From contig JAQGDQ010000400.1 of NCBI GenBank assembly GCA_030141605.1, positions 62,001 to 126,000 on the forward strand: a stretch of DNA of 64,000 bases, read 5' to 3'. This DNA comes from Tubiluchus corallicola (taxonomy: Eukaryota > Animalia > Priapulida). The translations under genes and the position numbers were made by a program. Positions 40,165-52,193 of the stretch are shown in pieces (position 1 is the first letter of the stretch; each line of letters begins with the position of its first letter). The notes under the pieces are model-generated. The model did not search any database. It was not told where the DNA came from and worked only from the letters and a program-made list of their open reading frames with translations.

Positions 40165-41033
40165 CTATTGCAAAAAATAATTAGTAAAGCAATACCTTAA
40201 AATAGTAAAGATCGCAGATCATAGTGCTGTTCTTCTTGTTTTGATCAAATATCATAAAGTTAAAATAAAGGTAAAGATGAAAATTCAGACAAAAATCAAG
40301 ATCTTTTTATCATAGCTTTTCATAAAATGCACTCCATTTATTCAAAAGTTGCACCGAGACACACAAAAGTTAAAATTAGAATTACATAAGTCAATTACGA
40401 AAGGCTAAATAGTTTTTGTACTGTAGAGTTCAGTGATTGCACTCGTGAAATATAGGGTATGAAAATTTTAAATACAAAAAACTTATAAGTTCGTGTATAG
40501 TTTAAAATACTTGTAAATTTATTTTAGGAAGTCACATTTAGAGTTATACATAACAGAATTAAACTATAAAAACATTTTATATGTTACATAACATATTATA
40601 TAGCTAAAAACATTCATAGCTAAAGAACATAGCTAAAACATAGCTAAAAACATAGCTAAAACAATATAGCTAAAAATGTTTATAAGCCGATGTGTCTCGT
40701 GTTTAGTCATCATTCAAAAATTTGAACATTATTATTGTTGATTATTGTTTATTATTAATATCATTGTTTATTGTTAATATCGAATTTCTGCTACCATGAT
40801 TATTGTTTTTAGATATTCGAAATTTTACGGTCTAAAAAGCGGTCTTCACAGCATGAAGGAAAGACACGGGTTCATAAGCCATTTTCATTAGGCTACAGCT
40901 ACATAACATTGTTTATGATGCAAGTAGAAGGAACTTTCTACTTTCTATCGACAATTATCCTAAAATTCAAAAAATTATTCCAAAACTATTCTTCTGAATT
41001 GTGTCTTATTCTGCATCTTGAAAAAAACAGAAA

Positions 41034-41703
41034 ATGACATGTGCAAGTGTGTATATATTTTGTTTGGTTACACCTGCACTTATATGGCATGTTTACTGTG
41101 TTACTCCACCTACTCCACCCCGATCCACTACGCTTCATGTGGATCTTGTAGCGGATGTGTACGATTGCAAAGAAGGCGAAGTGCAATGTAGTTTCAAGGT
41201 TACTATCATTGGGAAAAGCAGAAGCAACTTCTGCGAGGTATTATGTGGGAAAAAAGGATACAAACTGACATCCGGTATCCTGGAGCAGGCGATGAGTTCA
41301 GATCGCATCCCATTAAAGGTGAGAACAGTGAAGATCGAAAACTACAGTGATGCGCATTTGCCATCTGAATTCCTGAAAGGTGTAACTGAAGCTATCAGAC
41401 TGGAAATTATTTCCTCGGACATTCAACTGCTTGACGAGTTTGCCATCTACAACGTGATACAAACGCTCTCTCTGAACGGAAATCGTTACCTCAAAACGAT
41501 TCACCCCAAAGCTTTTTACAAACTTGAAAAGCTCAACGTGCTGGAGATTAAAAACGCACCGGAATTGTACAAGCTTGAACTAGATTACAGTAGCCACTAC
41601 GGCTTCTACATACTTTACATTCGAAACACCGGTATAGTAAGGATGGACATGCCAAAACTGTCAGCTCACAGGCGACCAGATCATATCGGCATAAGTCTTA
41701 CAG
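41034..41703 (+). CDS. Nested LRR surface protein, exon 1 (signal peptide, Cys cap, LRR module 1)
   Basis: Hydrophobic N-terminus, PPTPP stalk, LSLNGNRYLKTIHPKAFYKLEKLNVLEIKN; donor GTAAGT at 41704, phase 1. Confidence 0.85.
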
Positions 41704-42111
41704 GTAAGTGTGAATATACAGACGATGTTCAACCTGACTCTGTATCCTCTCTTGAACAACACCATGATACTATAGATCTTATTAACTGTTGTAAAGTCAT
41801 TAGTGGTAGTTCTATTTTGTGTAGTGACAATTTTTTTTTTAGACCACAATGTGCTTTACATGGACACAATTCTAAATTATTTGTGCAGTACTCTCGCACT
41901 AATATCAGAGCTCATTTCTTCTCGTGTTGTGGGCCCTTGGAATTCACTTAATAGTGAAACAATTGACGCATCAAATCTGCCACAATTTGGCAAATTGTTG
42001 AGGAGAAACCGTCAATAACCGTGTTATGGTTAGGTCTCTTAGACTTCGCAAGCAAGTAGGAAGTACAGATGTGTCGCCTTCTATAAGATAATAAACTGTT
42101 AAGTTCAAGCA

Positions 42112-42240
42112 ACATAATGTGCATAACGAGATAATGCACAAAATGTGTGTAATGAGATCATGCACAAATGTGCGTAACGAGATAATGCACAAAATGTGCG
42201 TAATGAGATAACGCACAAATGTGCGTAACGAGATAATGCA
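42112..42240. repeat. Tandem repeat, about 25 bp x 5
   Basis: gagataatgcacaaatgtgcgtaa units in LRR intron 1. Confidence 0.8.
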
Positions 42241-42416
42241 CTTAAGTATACATTTTTAAGGAACTACACATGCACAGTAATATTAATAATGTAAACCTTT
42301 TGCAATCTGAAAATAAATCAGTGCATCTTGACTTTGTTGTTAAGCACATTAAAGCAATGGGGATAAAAATAGTGAAATGGCGGCTAAACATATTTACTGT
42401 TTTAATTACTGTTCAG

Positions 42417-43136
42417 GAAATCCACTTTTGTGTGACTGCAAGATGAGGTGGACATTGGCCATAGCCTGGAGAGACATGAAGCTTGATTGTGCCCAGCCAC
42501 CCAGAAATCATCTGACAAACAAAATGACATTAGAAGACTTTAGAGAATGCACGGCATCAACAACAAGGACAACATGGTGGACAGATATACAGCCTTGGAC
42601 AACGTTCACGCACCCTCACCCATGCGGATTTAGACAACCCGAATGCAGCTACGACGGGTCAACCGGTGAAAGTTGCCGGATGACATGCGGAAAAGGTCAA
42701 GAACTGTTCGCGTCACATCTGGAACTTATTCATTTGGCCACACCAAAATCCATTAAAAGTTTGAAAATTTTCAACTACAGAGAGAGCAGTTTGCCAGCAA
42801 AGTTTCTAGATGGAAAACAACTAACAAATCTAGAAATAGGAAATTCGAGCGTAGGGAGTTTGTCGGACAACGCCATTTATGCCGTAGTAAACCACACCAT
42901 TCGCATAGACAAAAATAACAACCTGCGAGTGATTCACGGTCATGCGTTTGCTAAATCAACAACAGTTCAGGTGATTTACGTAACAGATTGTGCATTCTTG
43001 TGGAAAGCTGACTTTGATTTTTCCACCAATTATTTACTTAGGAAACTCGTCATCACCAACACAGCCATTGAGAACATGAAAGAGCCGAAACTGCATCCAA
43101 ACAGCAGTCCAGAAGACATTGAACTTGTCATTCTTG
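42417..43136 (+). CDS. Nested LRR protein, exon 2 (LRRCT, Thr-rich linker, LRR module 2)
   Basis: ttcag acceptor; GNPLLCDCKMRW; TASTTRTT; IDKNNNLRVIHGHAF; phase 1-1. Confidence 0.85.
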
Positions 43137-44614
43137 GTAATTTGAATAGCTAAGACCTGCAAAACTTTGAAACACAACACTATGGATACCTAGTTTGACT
43201 GCTCAATTAATTACATGAGTAGTTTGACATTAGTTTACTTTATTATTATCACATCCAGTACAATATAATGACATTAAGCGCACAGCGACATCAAAATTAT
43301 TAAGTCATACTGTATTAAATTATTATGTTTCATACACTATTGTTATCATAAAAGAATAATTGTACTGCAGTGGGGCTGGAGAAGCAAAGGCTTGTATAAG
43401 CCCACTGTTATGTGAACCTGATAAAAAAAAGAACTGGGAGAAAGGTTAGACCACACAGGACGGGTAGAAGGATGTGTTAGTGGAAATGGCAGGAAGAAAG
43501 ATAATAGATTGCGCTATGTTGACAACAGCTCTAAAGATTTATCAGTGATGCCTTGTTTTGCATAATCTGTAGTAATGATTTTAGTTAGTACTGGTATACA
43601 TGTACAAAGTTGATAACCTCTCACAAATAGCCGAGCAAGTGGAATGGTTCGAAAGAGGTCTTCTTTTTCAGCAAATTGGAGAGTTTTGAAGAAGGAGAAT
43701 TATGATTTTCGGTGTCACGAGTATTCGCATGGGGATTAAGGAGTGCAAATATACACAGAATGTGACTACATGTGCTTTTATTGTCTACCAAACAAATATT
43801 ACAAAACACCTCAATGTATCACTTCCATAGGAAAAAAAGACTAAACTTCGACAGATATTATTACTTTTATAAACAAGGATAATGCAATAACTTATATAAA
43901 CCAATTGGTATGGTGATGATACCTTACTTTAGGGGAGGAATAGAAAATTATATATCAAATTTAGGGTAATACGTACTGTACTTGGTTAGGATTGATAAGG
44001 AAAATAATAATGACAATGTCTGAAAATTGACTAGTGAATAAAGAATAATGTTTAATAAAATAAGATAAAATAAGAAAAATGGAGAAAAAACCTAACTACA
44101 GTTCACGTCAGATCTTTTACAAAAGAATTCTACATTGAATTAATTTAGCCATTACTAACATTTGATATTAATTAATTCTGCTGGTATGTTATACATATAT
44201 ATAAGATTCGAGGCTACAGCTCGGACGACGGCACCATTTGCAGCGATTTATACATCAAACGAAATGTCTCGATCTAGTGTCGTGTCATTGGGGGTTTATT
44301 TTTCGAATCGAGCCCACCGCGAGGAACGGGGGCGAAAAACCTCCAAAAATGGCCATTTTTCGGCCGTTTTTTTTGCAAAACTTATAAGTTTGAGATCTGA
44401 AGAACAGGAACGGTTTGATATTAATATCGAAAGCTCTCACTATTTATCATTTGTAAATGAATAATCGAAATTTGAAGTGCAATGTTTTTGAAGATTATCT
44501 GCTTAATTGCAAACGTTTTTAGATTTTTGTATGTAGTCCACTTGACTTCATTCGTAACATGATGCTTCTGTAAGTGATTTGATAACTTCCAAATGCAGCA
44601 TGGTTTCTTTACAG

Positions 44615-44841
44615 GCAGTCGGCTGATTTGCAATTGCAGTATGGCGTGGCTTCGAGTCAACAACTGGAAGACGTCTGAGATTAATTGCAAAGTACCGAAA
44701 TTAAAAGATGAGGAGATAAGAGAGGAAAGCTTCGGATGTCCAAGTCCGAGCGCTGCTACGCATCTTCCATGCAGCGTATTTCTTACTATAAGCATCTTTA
44801 TTTACTGTTGTGGTAATTACGCCCGAAATGATGAACTGTAG
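44615..44841 (+). CDS. Nested LRR protein, exon 3 (LRRCT and hydrophobic tail); spliced protein about 538 aa
   Basis: ctttacag acceptor; GSRLICNCSMAWL...C...C; hydrophobic VFLTISIFIYCC; TAG at 44839-44841. Confidence 0.8.
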
Positions 44842-44844
44842 AAA

Positions 44845-44958
44845 TTAAATTATTATTTAATTTAAGCTTTGATTTAAAAAAGCTATTGTAGTTTTCAATA
44901 TTTTAGAGCATTCTTTATTCTGAACTCGTGTTTACACAATCATCCGGTTTTCCTTTAA
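44845..44958. mobile_element. Terminal fragment of a Kolobok-like element
   Basis: Nearly identical to 62012-62124, ends TTTTCCTTTAA. Confidence 0.7.
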
Positions 44959-45036
44959 AAAAAATCAGAGAAAACCGAATAGTAACGAAATGGTAAAAAG
45001 AAATGACATGAAAAGTAAAAAATTCTTGTAATTCAC

Positions 45037-45232
45037 CTTTAGGTCTTGTCTATGTTGGATTAGGCACCTTAAGACGCCCAAGAGAAAATCCATTTGCAGA
45101 TGGCGCTCGTGTACTTCGTCCAGTATTATAAGATCATAAGCGGACAGAAGAGGGTCAGTTTCACATTGTCGCAAAAGAAGTCCTTCGGTGAGAAAGAGAA
45201 TCTTGGTATGCTGAGTCTTATGCTTATCAAAC
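45037..45232 (-). CDS. DHX34: DHX34 coding exon 3 (motif II DEVH)
   Basis: FDKHKTQHTKILFLTEGLLLRQ...IILDEVHERHLQMDFLLGVL...QDLK. Confidence 0.96.
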
Positions 45233-46654
45233 CTGTGAAAAACAAAGAGAAAAGTTACAGTAAAAAAAGAATTCTTTTAGTGAAAGTTAAAATTCAGCAC
45301 CTTTTCCCAAATAAAAAAGGCATATTATGTTCATCACTAAAATAAATATAAATACTGCTGAAATCACTAAAGGAAGTAGGAACCAAATACTTCCCCCCTT
45401 CCAGTCCATAACATTTGTAATTAATTACTGCGTTAATCCCAAATTTAGTCGTCAGTTCAGTACATGGGGCACGGGTAATAAAAGAGTGGCAATCGTGCGT
45501 GCTAAGTTGCAAAGTTAAGCAGTGCTGGGCTTGGTTAGTAAAACGGTGGCAACCAGAAAAAACTGCTTCGATGTAGTTTCCATCTGCCATACTGCCGTTC
45601 TATTTTCTGCCATCTTCCCTCTGCCATTCTATTTTCTCACTTGAAAGAAGATGTATGCACATCCCCATCCATGGCTAAACCATTTCTATACTTTCCTATC
45701 TCACCTTACACAAATATTTTTGAAAACAGGAATAGACAGCTGCTCTAATAAGCATTCATGTACTAGTACTAAATGCTGATTATGAGTGTTGGATTCTGGC
45801 TTGTAATGCACTGAACTGTATAAAAAAATTTACTTAGTCATATATAAATACATAGCTAATTAATGAATTTTCCTTTAACTACAGTCTTATAATATAGCCT
45901 TGAATGTTAAACGTAGATTTGGCCTTAGAATACGTCTGTAGGTGGTTCCAGACCATACAAGTATGCATTGCATGAAGCCCACTATTTAGATTAATTTATG
46001 AAGGAAAAGTTTATATAAGACCGCTCGACATGAGCAACAAGGACGATTTTCTTAGCTTTCACTGGCTAATAGAGCAAATCCCCCTATTCCCCCTATATAG
46101 GCCTATAGTGCTAAATTATATTATGGTGCACCTAACTTGAATTTATGTTATGCCTTATAAGGTGATTATTGTGCTTTAGTGCATTGTGCTACTTGTGATA
46201 ACATGCTATTCATGTAAGTGGTAATATGTAAGTAGACATGCACGATAGTGAACTAACACGATATATTTGTAATGTGAGGATCAAACTATAGCTTGTGAAG
46301 TGTCTGTATTATCAGTGAATTGTGAATGAATAATTATTTGTTTTGTTGTGGCCACATTTTAATCAAATCTTGCTTTTTATTGTTGGTTTGTGAACATTTG
46401 AAATAGGAAGTACAAATGACTAAATGAAAATGATTAAATGTTCAAAGTAGTAAGACACAAACAATTAAAGAAATACATATCGAGGTTTTCTTTAAAAATG
46501 GATACTCGCATAACCCTATCTTAACGACAATCATAAAAAGATTTCTGATAGTTTCAGCCCTGTTACAAATAGATAACCAGGTTAACGTACCATAGGTTTC
46601 TCAGCTGAGTTTTATTAACGTAAAAATCATATACAATAAAACAAATTTTCGATA

Positions 46655-47008
46655 GACAGGTGGGTGGGTTTGTGGATGGATGGATGGCTGGGTGTTTATG
46701 TGGTCGGCCAGGGAGGGAGGGAGGGAGGGAGGTATGTAGGCTGCCTAGGTATAAAGGTAGGTAGGCTGCCTAGGTAGACACGCAGGCAGGCAGGTAGGTA
46801 GATAGGTAGGTAGTTGGGTATGTGTGTAGGTAAGTAGGTAGGTTGGTAGTTGGGTATGTGGGTAGGTAAGTAGGTAGGTAGGTTGATTGGTAGGTAGGTA
46901 GGTACATAGGTAGGTAGTTGGGTATGTGTGTAGGTAAGTAGGTAGGTTGGTAGTTGGGTATGTGGGTAGGTAAGTAGATAGGTAGGTTGGTTGGTAGGTA
47001 GGTAGGTA
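46655..47008. repeat. (TAGG)n-derived G-rich satellite with higher-order units
   Basis: taggtaggtagttgggtatgtg motifs; (GGGA)n and (GGAT)n at the left end. Confidence 0.9.
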
Positions 47009-47901
47009 AAGGCTTTGCTTTTCCTTTAATGAGTAATCTTGATTTACCACCTGTCCAACACCTATGTCCAACTTTGCACGATGGTGAGAATAAAATCTTC
47101 TTAAAAGTTATCACTTTATAAAACAAAATTTTATGTAATTAAATGACAGTCATCGTTATCCAAGTTAATTAATTGCCTGTTTGAATGTAAACATTGCTTT
47201 AACTAGCGTAATCAATAATTGAATTCATAACCATTTCATTTTCGCCATGCAATCGGCTTATACAGAAGAGCAATAATTATTTTGTTAAATGTGGAAGGAC
47301 AATAGGCTATTAAGAGTTAATTTCACGCGTTCTGCAGTCAGTTGGTTGCTGTTTGCTTGAAAATTCATTTATAATTATCAAAACTCAACGGGTTCGTTAA
47401 AGTACAAGAAAACCCTCCACTTACATAAAGCTTTAAAAAATTCGTCTTGAAATTTTATACCACTTACGTATTGCCTTTTTGCATACATGGCTTGCGTCGG
47501 CAGTAACGCTGTATAAAACTTGTAAATTTAAACTCCCACGATGACCGTTAGACGCAGCCATTTTGACGATAAGTTATTTAAAACAAGTATAATTAACAAT
47601 GACTAAAGTATGAGAAAATAATCAGAGCATTTGTAGTGCACACGTCACTAACTGAGTAAAATTTAAAATTACTGTATCTTGTCAATAAGATTAAAAATAT
47701 GTTTTTGGTTAGTGAGTGGTGCACCTTGGAGGGTGAGTCAGCGACATTTTACAAATTGGTGAAAACATTTTAAATAATTAATAATTTTCTTTTCTAGTTA
47801 CGTAAGTCTTTCAAACACGTGAACGAAATGCTAAGTAAAGAGGACTAGGAAGTCCGTAACTAACGTAACAAAAGACTACTGCCCCAGGCCCACAGCTTGT
47901 G

Positions 47902-48048
47902 GTCACTGCTTGTGTGAATGACCTAACCACTTGATTTTACAATCACATGACAAGTAGCAGTACGTGTTTGACCCACTGTCACTGCTTGTGTGAATGACTT
48001 AACCACTTGATTTTACAATCACATGACAAGTAGCAGTACGTGTTTGAC
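47902..48048. repeat. 71-bp direct duplication just upstream of the glycosyltransferase ATG
   Basis: 47902-47972 and 47978-48048 differ at one position. Confidence 0.9.
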
Positions 48049-48110
48049 GTCCTACATTCTTGTGTTTTATTGAAAGTTTTCTTAAAAGTTGACCGTGTTA
48101 AACTGGCATC

Positions 48111-49199
48111 ATGATAATTTGTCGATTTAAAAACTTCGTTCTCCGCCGCATCAGTATCTTTGTGCTGTTCTGGGCCGTCATTAGTTACTCAAAGGCTGTG
48201 GATAAATGGCAAAAGTTTGACGACGGGTCAAAACGATCAAGTTCAAATCACACAAGCACACTAGCTTCTATATTCACACCAGATGTCGCTACAATGGACG
48301 AGCCATTTCTTTTGGAGATTGCCGTTTTGACGATGAATAGACCTTGGTCATTGGAGAGACTGCTGAACGCATTGGTCGCTGCAGAATATGATGGTGATGT
48401 CGTGCAATTAAAGATTTGTATTGACAGGAAAAAGAAAATATCAAAGGAAACCGTTGCTATTGCTAAGTCATTTGACTGGCCTTATGGTAAAAAGGAAGTG
48501 ATAGTCAATGAACGCAATAAAGGGGTTCATATTCAGTGGTTTACTTGTTGGGTACCTTCAGAAAAACCAGGATATTATGGTATTATATTCGAAGATGACC
48601 AAGCACCATCTAGGTTCTACTACAGGTGGTTAAAAGCTGCCCTCCTCTTCTACAAGGATGACCCGGAAGTGGGTGCTGTAACACTCATGATCGGAGGTAA
48701 TGTTGGAAGAACGGACAGAGGACGTACTCAAATGAAAATACCGCTGTGTCCACAATGCAATGACACAGCCTACCTAAACCCACTTGTCGGACCATGGGGC
48801 TTAGCTCCTATGCCTCGCGTGTGGACGAAATTTCTCCAATGGGTATTCGAAAAATTGAGGGACTCTTCATTTCGCCCGTACATTCCAGGTGAAAAGAATC
48901 TACTGTTAAACAAGTGGATTAAGAACCTTGGAAAGCGAAGACTGACAGTTGCTCAGTCAACATACTCAGGTTATTACTTCAATGCAAATCACATCTACAC
49001 ACTTTATAATAACATCTGTGGAAAAAACGAAAGATTAAATATTAACTTTTGTGAAGTGGGGGTGCATCATAATAGTAAATCAAATAAAAAAAATCCCAAA
49101 TGTGGAGGCAAACTTCTTGATACGTGGAATGATGCTTACACAGTGTTTCCAAGAAAGCCGAAAAAACTTAACTGGGATGCAGAGATAGTTGATAATTAA
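48111..49199 (+). CDS. Intronless GT-A-fold (GT2-like) glycosyltransferase, type II membrane, 362 aa
   Basis: N-terminal signal anchor, stem, IAVLTMNRPWSLERLL, ICID, FDWPYGKK, GIIFEDD (DxD-type) motifs; uninterrupted ORF in AT-rich DNA. Confidence 0.85.
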   Translation: MIICRFKNFVLRRISIFVLFWAVISYSKAVDKWQKFDDGSKRSSSNHTSTLASIFTPDVATMDEPFLLEIAVLTMNRPWSLERLLNALVAAEYDGDVVQLKICIDRKKKISKETVAIAKSFDWPYGKKEVIVNERNKGVHIQWFTCWVPSEKPGYYGIIFEDDQAPSRFYYRWLKAALLFYKDDPEVGAVTLMIGGNVGRTDRGRTQMKIPLCPQCNDTAYLNPLVGPWGLAPMPRVWTKFLQWVFEKLRDSSFRPYIPGEKNLLLNKWIKNLGKRRLTVAQSTYSGYYFNANHIYTLYNNICGKNERLNINFCEVGVHHNSKSNKKNPKCGGKLLDTWNDAYTVFPRKPKKLNWDAEIVDN

Positions 49200-49541
49200 T
49201 CTGCTAAACTCAGTAGAAAAAGAAACAATTTTATTAGAAGAATTATTAGAAGAAGAAACAAACCTTTTTATGGCAGCACGAAATCTCATTGCTTTTGACT
49301 AAAAATTGTTTTAAATATAGGAGGAGTTCATGCTATTATGTTCAACTTAATTATGACATGGAATACTGATACGTACTGTCCGTCCAGTAATGTTATCAAT
49401 GTCTTTGTTATATTAGTACTCATTCAATTATGTAAATTTTGTAAATAAGCTCTGTCTTTTGCACTTTACTGATTTTCAATAATTTTATAATAATTAAATA
49501 ATTATAATAGTTCATTTTTTCTAATTTTAGTTGTAATTAAT

Positions 49542-50255
49542 CAGTGGTGGCTCACGTATAGGTACGGTGGTACTGCAGCGCCCCCTGGTTTCACTCATTA
49601 TTATCGAATATATTCAGTATAATGAGTCTTTTTACTTTAGTTCTTTTGATACTTGTGCGGAACTGGAGCATGTGAAGTTTCTTCCACAGCCCAAGCAACG
49701 TGGTGTTTGGCTGTTCTGCGCATGCGGCTATGCGCACATGTCTAACATAACATGCTGTACGCTAGTGTCTGCTGCTAGATAAAAAAATACTGTCTCGAAC
49801 ACAGTAACAATTGCCATGTGCTTAAAATGCACCGTCATATGCTTGGATGTGTTAAAATGTAAACTTAGCGTGTGTGTTCTGTGACTGTAAGTGAACTACA
49901 ACAGCTTAATTTTTCACAGTTGCCTCTCCATGAGAAAGTTGCAGTTCAGAAAAGAGGCCGTTCAACACCTGATCTTCAAATATCTCGACCAGGAACAAGC
50001 AACAACAACAAATATATTCGTAGCTTTTATTCTAAATGGTACCAAAGAAAACATGTATTGTTTTCCTTCTCATGTTTAGGATTATATCAAGTTAATGTAT
50101 AAATCTTCATATCTTGTTTGTTTAAAATTACAATTACAAATTACAACATTAAAGTTACATAATTATGCTTGTTACGTTTTAGACAGTATTAAAACAATGG
50201 CTAAAAATGTTCCGAAGCAGCACCCCCCATTAATTTTAGCCTGGAGCTGCTGCAG
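49542..50255 (+). mobile_element. Degenerate hAT-like element with N-terminal transposase remnant
   Basis: CAGTGGTGGCTC start, GGAGCTGCTGCAG end; LPLHEKVAVQKRGRSTPDLQI...RSFYSKWY resembles TTF-zinc-finger hAT transposases. Confidence 0.55.
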
Positions 50256-51200
50256 CATGTCAGAGATATTGTTAAACTAGTTTTGTTATAATTTTAAAGC
50301 ATGCTGCGAAATGTAATATCTAGTTTCACTATCATAAATAAATAAAATTAAGCCACGTGTTGTGCATAACATACTGTTTAGTATTAGTACCGCCATCTAT
50401 CGAAATTAAATGCAAACAAAAGCACAGGGCAAAATATAACAGACAAAACATGCAGAAAACTCATTGACTGAATACTCAAGGTACGACTTCATTTGTGCGT
50501 AATGCGTGATGCGTATTAATTAATACTCAGAAAGCCCAATCTCTAAATATACAGATACATATTGTTGGTGTCAAGCAATTTAATCTAGCATTCTATAATT
50601 ATTTGTTTTCTTTTCGCATTTTTACAGACATGCATTTCCTGAAAGTGTTTAAAACGAAGCCAGCCTTAGTCATGTGACTTAAGCTTTAGTAGTATACGCC
50701 ACCTATCAATCACAGTTGTTTTTACACGTAGTTACATTTTCTGTTGCCGCTATGCTGATCATGCCGTTTGGTGATACTTGAATTGCTTTGTCTATTTTGT
50801 TACAATTTAAGAGTCACTAGTTGTATTTTCCAGCCAAAGTTGTCACCAGTAAATGTAAGTCACCATCTACTTTAATAATTAGTTAATAGTTTAAATTGGT
50901 TAGAATTGCTTCAAATGTCTAGAATCATAAAGTAATAATATGTGTTTCAGTCTTCTTAAATCTAACTTTTCATTTTGTCCAAATAGTAATAAGCTTTAGC
51001 ACATTCTTAAGCACCTTTTGTGATCTGTTATTTCATTAAATTCAGGTCTATCGCACAGTTCAATACCGATTTTTGCCGTTTCTTTGCCTGGACTGGGCGC
51101 ATCCACACATATATCTATACTGTCTGCTGCATTGCTTCATAAATATGGCATAGAACAATGTCAGCAAACTAAATACCAAACAGGCAATATACTGTCTTAC

Positions 51201-51340
51201 CGAATTTGATATCCAACCTTGGAGCCAAATTCATTTAATGTCTCATAAGCTACTCGTTTACTTAAAGAGATGCAGGCAATGCGTCGAGGTTGAGTGCACG
51301 CTACTTTGTCAAAGCCAGCATCAAGCAAATACTGAGGAAC
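51201..51340 (-). CDS. DHX34: DHX34 coding exon 2 (motif Ia)
   Basis: [47 protein letters not shown]. Confidence 0.96.
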
Positions 51341-51559
51341 CTAGATAACAAAGGTCAGAAATTATTAGAAAAGATTAAAAAACACATAGAATTGTAAATC
51401 AATCAATATTTAAGTAACTTTGGTTGATATTAAGAGCAACTAAACTAATTTCAAGTCGAAAACAAAGCACAAAGTTCTTACATTCTTACAAAGTTCTCAC
51501 AAAGCAACAATTTTTAACAATAATATTAAAATGTCCTCAAAACATAACTCAGAAGACAC

Positions 51560-51715
51560 TGTAGAATGTCTGTAGAACCAACATAGCTAAACGTTTTATA
51601 ATATTTCAAGGACCAAAAGTCTGGAATGAGATTTGTCAATCCGCAAAAAATAGCAGATCTATTACTAGATTTAAAAAAATGCTAAAAAATCAAATTTTAA
51701 GTAAGTATCAGTGAG
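51560..51715 (+). mobile_element. LINE (CR1/L2-like) ORF2 C-terminal remnant
   Basis: FQGPKVWNEI...SITRFKKMLKNQILSKYQ*. Confidence 0.6.
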
Positions 51716-52193
51716 TAAACAAAACTTCAATCGGCATCCATCCTCACAGTGGTTGCAAAACAGTGGTATTATCTTAATCAAGTTATCTTAATTTTACAAA
51801 CTATTAACAAATAATAGTCTTTCTATCTTTTATATCATCTCATATATATAAGCTTCATTCATTACATCATTCCTTTTTAAGCACTAAATGTTTTCTTTAT
51901 CATATGATTCACTTTAAATTTTCAGTTTATTTTCATTACATTTTTTCTTTCACAGTGTAGGACAATCTAACAAGCCCTGCTTTTTGATTGCCCGCAACAC
52001 ATTTACATGTGTATATAGGTGAACAGTGTGTGAGGCTTTTCTTGTGCAGAAACAATAAAAGCTTATTTGTATTATGTTCATTGTAGGCCCTTTCACTATA
52101 TATTGTACATGAAACTATTGTAAATGTGTAATATGAAATAAATGATTTATGACTTACTATAAGACACAAACAACCAAAAGAATAAGATTTTAC

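Noticed and set aside
41704-41951. C-terminal part of the 305-aa ORF
   Set aside because: Read-through into an intron after a GTAAGT donor; the LRRCT continues in the exon at 42417.
46745-47126. TYLP-repeat ORFs
   Set aside because: Translations of the (TAGG)n satellite.
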